Assembly: GCF_964204645.1 (NCBI RefSeq)
Contig: NC_134030.1
Coordinates: 13,758,656-13,822,655 of the forward strand
Direction of reading: 5' to 3'
Source of the DNA: Tubulanus polymorphus
Lineage: Eukaryota; Animalia; Nemertea
DNA: 64,000 nt
This document shows, piece by piece, positions 29,501 to 41,500 of this stretch (position 1 is its first letter; each line of letters opens with the position of its first letter). The position numbers were made by a program, and so were the translations under genes. The notes beneath the pieces are model-generated. The model was not told the origin of the DNA. It made no database searches and saw only the letters and a list, made by a program, of their open reading frames with translations.

Positions 29501-32500
29501 TCAGGAAAGTGCAACAAATTTCTGACTGACTGAGCAAGTTACAAAACTAATTAAAAATCTTATGTCAAATAACAGAGAAAAGTGTCAGTAATATCGGATG
29601 GACACCAAAAGGAGTGCTTAGAGTTAAAATCGCCCATGAGTACAACTGCATTCCTCGTAGGGTCATTACGCGCTTGCGCATTTTTTACGAAAGCTGAAAT
29701 ATGGTCAAGAAAGAACGATCTCTGTTCAGGTGATTGGGAGGGCGATTTATAATAGAAACCAATGTTTACAGTTTTGTAGTTTAGTTTGAATGAGATCCAC
29801 GACCCATATCTAATGCCTAGGTGTACGCCAGGTTTGATATTACAACTGATAGAAGAATGGCAATAAATCATCATGCCTTGATTCTCTTTTGTGAAGTCAA
29901 CAATTTCGTAATCTGGTATATCAATATTCATTAAGCTCTTGCTCTATATTGCCAGTTTCACTAATCGCCGCAATGGAAATACAATGGTCTGATAGCACAC
30001 TCTTTAATACATCAAATCTTGTAAGCTCATGGGCTCCAATGCTATTAATATTAGTATAAAGGATTTTTAATTTAGTTAGACCCGGATTCACTTCAACATC
30101 ATTACATAGTAGTAAGACAATACTTTTGGTTTGAAAAATAAATAGGAGGTTAGCTAATCCGGGTACAAACAAAAGTGACCCTTTAAGAAAAGTGATGAAT
30201 TTCTCACATTAAAAGTGAATTTGCATATTCTTTGAATTTTGAGATTAACTAGCAAGAGAACTGTGACAAAAGACCACAAGCGGATAAGTTCAGGAAAAAT
30301 AAGAGCTATAATGCCCGTTTTCAAAAGATTGCTCGGAACTTACGCGGCCGAGCAACTGTGCTGCTCGGTATACTGCTCGGGCATTCTGCTTGCTTTTATT
30401 GTACAACAACGCAAAACATGCTGCTCGGTAATCACTGCACGGTTTCGATCATTAGTAGATCCGCGCAAATACGAGCTGCTCGGAATTCTGTTTGGCTTAT
30501 ATTGAATCGATGTAGCACGTGTACTCGCCGAGTCTATATCACCGATGTGTAAACATCCAATTAATCCACTGACACACACACCAAGAAAATACCAAACTTT
30601 CGGGCAATAAACGACAAAATATATCTCCCAATAACTATATACGGAAATAAACAACTAAATCAGAGAATAGGCCTATGTAAAGCGCTATTTCAAAAATGTA
30701 TGCATGGCACTACTTTGTTTAAGTACGACGTTAAAGTACTTGATTTCCAAGGTTGGACATCGTTTGTCGTTTATCGTTTACGATGTATGGGTTTGAACTG
30801 ACGTTCCGAGATCACAGGCGCACTTGGACGCACAAACTTTAAACACTTTAATGATAGAACACATGGATTTAGATGGATTAACTGCAGTTTGGCAAGCTAT
30901 GAATAGTGGTTTGGCGAACTATAAATAGTACACGGTATGCATGTAGTTGTCGGGCGGTCACTTGGCAGTCAGTAGGCGTAGTACTTGAGTACTTAAGTAC
31001 GAAGTCCGAACCCGATACCAAAAGTCAAATTTTTAATTCAAAAAGTCCTATGATACAGGAAATATATGAAAATTTTCTGTAGTCAACTGCAGAATTTTAA
31101 CATACCGTATAATTAACTTCAGTTTGTTTAAGTCCATAATTAAGTCCTTGATTTGAGCATAAACCGACCCCGCAAAATTATGCTGATTTGAACAGATCGG
31201 CCATTTTGATTACCCCAATTATGTGCTCTCATTTGAACTGAAATAACTTCATGGAATTTTAGTCCGAAATTAGTGAGAATGCGAATAAAAACGATCTGAA
31301 TTAAGTGAGTTATACTGTACCCTTGAAACTGTAAGGGCGAAGAGGAAATATAAAATATGAAATATGAATTTTCATTATCACCTAAGTTTTCAAAATTGGG
31401 AGAGAACATGCCTAATTTTCTTGAGAGTTTTTTCTATGAAACTTTTGGAAGGACTGCAGAAAAACCAAAAGTAGAGTGAAAACTATTGGATTGATTCAAA
31501 TGTTGGGAGAAAACTGACTTTTGCAGATAATTAAATCGGAAATAAGCACGGATAATATCAAGATAGAAATTTTCTTTTTTTCAAATTATGAATCGAAATG
31601 CATACTTATCTTCAGCATGAAGTATTTGGCAGAATAAATTGCCCATGGGCAAAGTGTGGTTTACCTTGAAAGCTAGAGGTTGTTTGGAATAAGGGCATTG
31701 CTTGAAAAATCTTTTTAATTAGTGACTTCAAAGTTCCACAAGTTTATATTGCATTTTATCTTTCTCAAAGAATTATTTTGTAGTCAATAAGACCAAAGAT
31801 ATACATTTGTTTACGGTCCACGTCCACAATTTTGTAGGGTACAGGTACGTAGGCGCGGCAGGGAAACTATTTTATATTTTCAAACAAATATGTTTCACAA
31901 TATGAAAAAAAATTCAAATAAGGCCATCCCAAAATAATTGTCTGGCTGCCGCAACACCGACTCAACTTTTCAGGATGAGTCGGTAGGTACTTAGAAATTT
32001 TTTTTTTGCAAAATGTTTGGGCCGAAAAAACAAATTTTTCACCTTTGGGCTTTTTTCGTGGAAACAATATCGCAAAAAAAATCATCTACGTTGTGCACAG
32101 GAAATTTGTCTAATAGCGTAGATTTCAAGAATTATTCTAAAATTATAACTTCGTCCAGAGCGTCATCCCTGTGTTAAAAATGAAACAGTACATTGAATAT
32201 GTGCGCGCTTTTACGTTACCAGCATTAGAATGAATGGCAGCTTATTGGAACACTGCCAGTTTCCTGGAAAACTTAAACTAGGCCACATGTCAAGGCATGT
32301 TTTCACACGATGAACACTTGAATTCAAACATACGTAGCTCATAGTCGGCAGTGGGTCGGTCGGCCGTTTTTATCAAAAATAAAATTTATTTCAATGAATC
32401 CAAGAAAAAAGTTTTCACTCGGTACCTTTGAAGTCGGGTTGGTCGGGTTACGGCAAACAGACCATTATTTTGGGATGGCCTAAAATTCATATGATGTCAC

Positions 32501-35500
32501 ATATTAGAGGGTGGCTGAATATTGAATGATTTTATTATGTACACTGTGCATGAAGTTTGTTAGACAATTAACTTTTGTAAATTGAACAATTTCCATGATT
32601 CAGCGCCCCCTTTCCCAATTTCACTGCCCTTCTATAAAAGTACACTGCTTTTCTTGGTCGTGAATCATTTTTTTCAATTCACTGCTATTTACTGCTCAAA
32701 CAGCCCGCAACGAACCTGGCAGTTGAACCTGGAAAACTTATACTAGGCCACACGCGAGGCACGCCTTCCATATAAATGCATGTATCTAGCCTAGTGAACA
32801 AATCAATACACTGCATAGCTGCAAGTCGGTTTGACGCACATGTGTGTGAAACATGAATAAACATAACAGTGCATGTGTTCTTCCGAAAGGAAATGTAGTT
32901 CCAACACCAAATAAATAACTAAATTAACAAATAAGCAACGCATTCTGATGAAATTCAACAGGGCAAGAGGTTTTATCACTGCATTGAACTGTTTTGAAAG
33001 TAACGAAGAGAAACTAAGCCTCGTTCATAAGTTATTTTGCACCAAAGGAGGAAAGTCTCATATGCACTAGAAAAAAGGACTTCGCTAAAGTGAAAGGCCA
33101 TAAATATAAAATTCAATATGAGAATGGGGTACCGGCAACATTACTGTGGCAAGCTGAATTCCACCATAATGTGCCAGGATCGCTTGTGTACAGTATGACG
33201 TCAACGCTGGATTTCTACTCAAACTTAATCAAAATCTAACAATAAATTCTCAATTTTTATGCATGATGTATGAAGATCGAACCACACATAAACTCTAAAG
33301 ACTAATCAGTTTATCCCTTAGGAATTTTGACTTGAGGGCACTTAATCAAAACCGGGGCCAAAATAGAAGGCATATGGATTTGAAACTGGAGGGCCCTGGA
33401 GTTAAAATGGAGCCATCCAGAGTTAACCCGTTCAGTGCATCTACACCGCATTGCGGTGTAAAAATCGGTGATGGATTTTGCTAGTACACCGCACTGCAGT
33501 GTATTTATGTAATTAGTAATTAGTTTTTATCTCTATTGAAAAATGGCAGCACTTGTCAAACATAGTGAAATAGCAGTAACTAACAATGCACCGGATCACG
33601 GTGTAGATGCACTATAGCAGTATTCCCATTATTCAACACACTAGGGTGGAATTAATCAAAATTTTCAAATTTTCTCCAGCACTATAGGGTATCAGTTAGT
33701 CAGCACTAAAAGGGTTAAAACCGGATGGCCTAGAGTTAAACTGGATATATCCAGATTTCATACCGTTTCAATTTCTTTTTTTAGTTCTTCAATTCTCGCT
33801 TCTTGTTCATGAGTTGCACGTTCAACCAGCTGGTTTTCTAAAAAAATTACAATTAAATATTAAATCCGTTTTGTAGGTAGAGCTAGCAGCTGTAGTTGAG
33901 ATACTGGCGGGTTGATAAATGTTGTTGAATAAAATTGAATTGAATTGACATTGGTTTATGATACGTAGGAAATCATGATGTTTCGGAATGATGGAAATTG
34001 TCAGATGCCCGTCTCTATAGAAAATGAAAATAAAACTTAATGTGATCAAGAAATACACAAAAATAAATACTTTTCCCGATTTGCAAGGGATACCACCAAA
34101 AACAAAAACTTTTTCTGATCGGGAAATTTGAAATCCAAGAAGCAGACTTATTCCCATTTTCCCCTGTGTGGAAACCATGATGAAATATTTCTCTCACCTA
34201 AAGCTTTAGCATATTGATCAGATGCAAGCTTATCTGATGAATACCGAACTGCGTTTCCAATATTTGCTTTAATTTGTTCATTTTGTCCAATGTGCATTCT
34301 GATGAGTGGATCTCCATGAACCTCTGTAACTATTTTACCCGATTCACTCCGTAATGGAGCCCCAGCTCCAGGTTTTCCAAACTGTTGGTGAAATTCCTGA
34401 AAAATATGCACAATATGCATGAAGGTGAATGATCTATTTCATGACCAAACATTCTACTGTACAAAATTCTGGGGTTCTACTCAACAGTTGCAATATTGAA
34501 GTTGACCAGAGCAAAGTCTGGTCTAACTGCATGATGAATATACCTGGTCCGTAGCAACTCACTGACATGAATATAATGTACTGGGCAGAGAAATCAATAC
34601 TACTTTTATTTTATATACGTTGTGTGAACATAGATGCTGAATGATTTCTTATGTGATATAAATTGATTAACAAGCAGCCTATCGGCTGATACAGCTGCGT
34701 TGTTTTATAAGATTTTACAAGGACCACCTACACAGCACTCTCAAGAGTTCAAATCCAGAAAAAAGGCTCTAAAACTTTTTAGCGCTTGGCCCATAGTATC
34801 TACATACCAAGCTTTGTTAATTTTAGATAATGATTGTAGGACAAGTAGCAATTGAAAGATTTTACAAGTGTGACATGTACAGCGCCCCCGAGATATCAGA
34901 TTGGGAAAATGGCTCAGCAACACAGCCCATGGCCAAAAATATTGACATACCAAATTCTGTCAAGATTGGATAATAATTGTAGGACAAGTAGCGATTTAAA
35001 GATTTTACAAGTGCCACCCACACAGCGAACCCAAAAGATTAATTTTCAGAGATGAGAACGCCGACCTATAAAATTTGCAGTTTTTTTTTCTTGAGTTACA
35101 CATAGGAACCAGCTGACGGGGTAGGCGTCAGTACTCGCGAGTGCCGAAGGTCCAAACAATAGAGACGAAGAAAACAGTTTTTCGTCGAATTTAAACAAAG
35201 TTGACCATGTCATCGTCAGAGGTTCGTCATGTCTTCAATCGCATCGATTATACGTTGTTTAACCCGAGAACCAATGAAAAAAATGCTCACATAAAAAAAC
35301 GTACCGCGATTCTACATGAATTGGCTCAATGCCAACCTCATACTGCTGACAAAGTTAAACCAAAAAGCAAAGCTGCCACACAAAAACCACCTGATATCTC
35401 TTTATGATTTTTTGGTAAATAAATGTATAAGCACACATCTTACCGGTAAACTTTTTTGATTGGTAACTTTGATATCTTCCTCACGAAATTTTTGTTTACG

Positions 35501-38500
35501 ATTGTTCGAGTCAACCTGAAATACCATGTAGACTTTAAACAATGAGTTCAGCTAGAAATATGAAAAAAATTCATAGTATGGTGTGACGTTTCCTGACCGA
35601 TTATCAATGAACTACAATGCCATTCATTGTACTCAAAACGGAAGTGAATTTATTCAGTCAAACTAATTACCGAAAGCTACATACATCACACTCTCCACAC
35701 CAGTTAAAAAAAACTAAGCATTATCTTAAAATGCATAAGCTCCATATTAACATCTTGTAAGTGTAATAAAAGAAAAACTGACATAATAAAACCACATTTA
35801 AGTTTCTTTGATCAGCTTCTTAGGTGGTACAGAAACACGACAGGATTTCCTGACACTTATAGGAATACTATGGGCTTGGGGTTGATCAGAAACTTCAACC
35901 AAATCACCTGAGTTTCTAACTCCACTTTCGACATCTGGGTTTGAACCTTGTTGAGTACCCAGATCAGTACTGACTGGAGGTACCGTTGGTACAGTAACAC
36001 TAGGCATATCATATTGTCGATTATCTACATCATCCACACAACTACTATTTACATGAACATTTTCACTACAGGGAAATAAGTGATCTATGTGACAATAACG
36101 ATATCTGCCACCAACCATAACTAGGTAGGTAAGAAGACCTTTCCTGTGAATGATTACACCTCGAAAGTATTTTTCAAGACCTCTCACATTAGATTTTACC
36201 ATAACATTTTGTTTCTCAACAAACTCTCTAGGTTTTGATAATACAGAATCATGATATCTCCTCTGAATATCCTGCTTTGCACAAATTTTGGTATACATAT
36301 TAGGTTTAATAAGTGACAGCCTAGATCTTAACTGAAGTTTCCTGAAAAGTTCAGCTGGAGATCTACCTGTTATCGAGTGTGGTGTTGTTCGATACATGAA
36401 CAAAAAGTTATCCAGTAATTTCGAGGGATCAACCTTATCGACTCGCTGCATCAAAATGTGTTTCTTGAGCGCTCGTTTAACTATTTGTACTGACCTTTCG
36501 GCCGCCCCATTTGAGCTTGGGCTATAAACAGGTACTGGTGTATATTTGACACCATTATTACATAAGAAGTCATGGAATTCCTCCGAATTGAATGGGGGCC
36601 CATTGTCACTGACCAACTCCTTAGGTAATCCCTCATGAGCAAAAACACTTCTCAAGGTATCAATTACTTTTGGTGCAGCTGTTGATGACATCATAAAACA
36701 TTCCAACCATTTAGAGAAACTATCAACAATAATGAGGTAATGTTTGCCTTCAAGTTCACCAAAATCTATATGAATCCTATCCCATGGACCATTTGTTGGT
36801 CGCCATGGCAACAAAGGTACCTTAACCGGAGCATTTCTCATACTAAGACACAATTGACAGTTTTGTACTAAATTTTCAATATCTTGATCAATGCCAGGAT
36901 ACCACAAATAATTTCTAGCTAAAGACTTGATACCAACAATACCAAAATGTTCCGAGTGCAACTCATCCAACATGATCTGTTTGAACTTTGGTGGTATAAC
37001 AACTCTCATTCCCCAAAGTATGCAACCCTGATCTACAGATAATTCATTTCTGCGCCTAAAATAAGGCAAAATATCAGGATCGTTGCAGTGATTAGGCCAA
37101 CCATTAAGTATATATTGATAAACTTTTGACATTGTTGGATCTTTTCTAGTCTCAGACTCAATGTCTGCAGCATTAATAGGTAACATATTCGCATACGTAA
37201 AATAATTAATATCCAGTTCCACTGCTTCCATCTTAGCATTAGGATTAGGAAATCTAGACAACATATCACAGTTTTCATGATCTTTACCACTTCTATGTAC
37301 AATTTCGTAATCGTATGCCATTAAAATAAGTGACCACCTTTGCAGACGCAGAGCTGCCAGGGCCGGAACTCCTGTTTTTGAACCAAAAATTGTTACAAGA
37401 GGTTTGTGGTCGGTGACCAACAGAAACTTTCTATCGTATAGATATTTGTGGAAGTGTTTGACTCCATAAATGATTGAAAGAGCTTCACGTTCAATTTGGG
37501 AGTAGTTGTGTTCTGCAGGAGTCAAACTACGATTACCATATGCTATGGGTTTCTCTGATCCATCTGGAAACCTTTTAGAAAGAATCGCACCTATACCATA
37601 TGGACTCGCATCACAGCCTAGAACTAGCTCTGCCTTGGGGTCAAAATGTACTAATAACTGGTTACTTGTCAACAACCTTTTTGACTCTAAAAATGCCTTT
37701 TCACATTCTGAACTCCACACATATTTATCATCCTTTTTGAGAAGTTGATGTAAAGGATACAATAACGTAGACAGGTTTGGTAAGAATTTACCATAATGAT
37801 TCAACATGCCAAGGTAAGTACGCAACTCAGAAACACTACTAGGACTAGGTACTGCATGTATAGCTTCAACATTCTTGGATGTTGGATGAATACCTTCACT
37901 ATCTACATTGTGACCTAAATACTCTTCTTCAGATACAAATAACCGAGACTTTCTAGAACTTGCAGTAACATTATGTTTACGTAATCTACTAAAAATTTCT
38001 CTCAACAATCTCACATGTTCTTCTGCAGTAACAGTAGCAAGCAATATATCGTCTTGGCTTGCTGCTGCCTGCGGAATACCTACAAGCAGTTTGCCCATAA
38101 ATCTCTGAAAAATAGCTGGAGACGTTTTAACTCCAAATGGTAAACGGTTGTACCTAAAAAGACCAAATGGTGTATTAACAGTGCATAATTCTCTGGACTT
38201 ATCAGATAATTCCAATTGAAGATACGCGTTTGAAAGATCGATCTTTGAAAAGTATTTACAACCATTTAGTTTTGAGAAAATGTCCTCTGGTGTTGGCAGG
38301 GGATAAGGATCACTATCTATCAAATTGTTGATAGACACCTTAAAATCACCACAAATTCTCACATTGTCATCCTTTTTTTGGGACAAATACAATTGGACTT
38401 GAGTATTTGCTAGTCTCAACTCTACTCATAACATTCATTTCAACAGATCTTTTAAGATTGTTTTCTACCTTGTCTAATAATGCATACGGTATAGATCTAG

Positions 38501-41500
38501 CTCTGAAAAATATACCATCGGTTTCCTGTTTAAGATCTATCTCTGCAGTGTAACCCTTGATTGGCTCTTTATGAGCTTGAAAAATATCTCTGTACTCATC
38601 GACCAACCTTGGCACTTGACCTTTGTAATCATTGACATCAAATGAAGTTACAGAGAATAATTCAGACCAGTTTAGTTTAATAATGCTAAGCCAATTTCTG
38701 CCTAAAAGAGGAGGCTTGTTCACCGCCTTTACAACAATAACAGGCAGATAGTATTTCTGACCTTTATATTCAACCAAAGCCTGAAAAGAACCTAACACAG
38801 TGATATTTTCACCTGAGTAACTAGCAAGTTTTACATTTGACCTTGACAATTTTATGTCAGAAAATTTCTCTTTATATAAACTCTCAGAAAAAATTGTGGC
38901 TGATGCGCCTGTATCTACCAAAAGATTAACTCTAACCTCATTGACAAAAATATCAAAATTTTCACTACAGGGAAATAAGTGATCTATGTGAAATGTGACA
39001 TTTCCTGACCGATTATCACTGTTGATTAATCTGCGGCTTTCTACCAAAGTTATTATTATTATTACCGGTACGCGATTTGACCATATTAACATCGCCTTCA
39101 CTGGGATTTGAAGTCGACCCGACTGACATCTCCATGCGTCTTTCCAAACTAATTTTGACGAACCAAGTAGTTTTTTGCGGATTGGTTCGCTTCTAATTCC
39201 AGCGACAAACCGATCTCAGAGTTGATTCTCCAGGGATCCTCCAAACTCACACGACAAAGCAAGTTTCTTCAGCGCTACAATGTATTCTGACAAAGTCTCT
39301 AACGAGGACTGGCGCCTCATATTAAATTTGTACCGTTCACCCATTGTTGTGGATGGAGGTTTGTGGTGGGCTTCTAACAAGGCTGTGAGATCATCGTATT
39401 TTTCATCCGAAGGAGCCTTTGGCATGGTTAGATTTACTAAAAGTTCGAAAGTTTCAGGTCCAATCATTGATAGAAGGACGTCCAATTTGCTTTCATTTGC
39501 AATTTTATTTACCCTCATCCACGCCTCGAGTCTACATTGGTAGTTTTTCCATTCTTCCTTTTGCGGAGATTACTCATTTATCGAACCGATATAAGCAGAA
39601 GCCATACTCATTCCTTCTACACTCGGATGGAGAACGATATTAAGTTTTCCTCATCGCCAATGTGACGTTTCCTGACCGATTATCAATGAACTACAATGCC
39701 ATTCATTGTACTCAAAACGGAAGTGAATTTATTCAGTCAAACTAATTACTGAAAGCTACATACATCACATATGGGTGGAACTGAAAAATCATTTCCAATC
39801 ACGCACGGAGTCCAATATTAGAAGCAAGGTTGATATTGTAGATATGTTTCAATCTTTATTGCTGACTCAAAAAAATAGACCCACATCCTTAGGGCACCCA
39901 CTGGGGACAAATCCAAAAAAATAAATTCACATGACTCATGACTCAAATATACATTGAAAAAGTAGTGATTCGATTAAAAATGGAGGACTGATAGCAATTC
40001 ATAGAAATATGGCCCCAGACTCTGGGGCATCTGCTGAAGGTCATATCTAAAGACGGGTTTTTATTGTTTCAGCATTTTGCCTACAGAAGATCCAGGTATC
40101 AAGTCATATCTTGACAACTCTATGTCTAGTAGCGATTCCTAAAAATATGGGGAACACCTCATACAAATCACATCCAAACTAGGGCTCCAGGGACACCATG
40201 CCAACATGGTAAAATGCTTGACAATCTAAAAATGTCCATGTTCAAACCCCTGGTGAACAGCTATTGTAATCTAACATCTATCACCATAAAACTCGGCACA
40301 ATCATACAAATTGTCAGGAGTTAGAATTATGCAATTGATTGGGCGTAAAAATATGCACAGGTACTTAGAAATACAATCCACGTAATTCGACTATTCAATA
40401 CCCCCAGGTAAACATCATCGAAACCAATGGCCTTGAAACTCACATCCATGCACACCAAAACAGACCAAAAAACTCGGTCAACCCAATTCCATGTATAATG
40501 AAGTGTCCTATGGCATCATAAGAATTCTCAACATCAAAACCTGTTAATGGTTTCCAAAAACGTTTTATTCCCTCTATACATCTAGAGTGAAATGACCACC
40601 AATTGCGTGAAAGTGGACTGATTGAAAGACATGCCAGCAAGATCCCTTGCCATAATATACCCACCACGAGTCTCAATGAAGAAAGGCAAATTGTTCAGAA
40701 ATTCATGCCTCAGAATTTGGGCTAAAAATGATATCTCTGAGCACAATTATGTTCACAAGATGGCCATTTTAGTCTGATTGATCCAATTCATAAGACGATG
40801 GATCGTAGGGGGATACATACCATATGAACAATCAAGATACTTAATTGTTGTTTAAAAAATTTCCCTTTAAAAATTGAATAAAGGTCCAATAGCCCTGTGG
40901 CTCACCATCAAATCATTGAGTGTATATTGTCAAAAATATCATACTAACTATAAATAAATTTGGGTTGCAATCGAATGTAGAATAGATTATCGAATCAAAA
41001 CCAACTGACGATATGCTGAACAAACTCTTCAACCAACAATCTTTTATTCTAAATCTAATCACTTCATTAATTCTTAGCCCCTTATTACACGATTAATACA
41101 TACAAGATATTATCATACTCGCATTTTCCAGATTTTATCATCCTTGAATTGAATTAAAATACGTGCCCAACACACGACTCCCAGTCTCATCTGTGTTTGG
41201 TTTTAACAGCACGCATGTGATAACTATGCTGTACGTTCTCTATTTATCGCTTCGCACGGATTTCCGTAGTACGATAGTGATATATATAAGGGTATATGTA
41301 AGACTAGCTCCCACCTCTAAATCAGTTGAAAAAACTGACTGTTGATAGGATGAAAAGCTGAGAGCATTCCACTGCCCGCTATTGTCTACAGACTATCTAG
41401 TCCATTATTAATTCATCACCGCTCACAATTCTTCCTAAGAACGTACTAAAATTGAATAGGGCAGAGTAGTAACACGGTTCACAAAAAGCCGACGGCCGTG

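Larger units (their letters stand above)
35582..39769 (-). mobile_element. Ty3/Gypsy LTR retrotransposon (Mag-like), defective
   Basis: 109-bp TG...CA LTRs at 35582-35690 and 39661-39769 with 1 mismatch; TATGG TSD; PBS tggcgatgagga (tRNA-Ser-like); short purine tract gtggagag; order gag-PR-RT-RH-IN. Confidence 0.95.
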
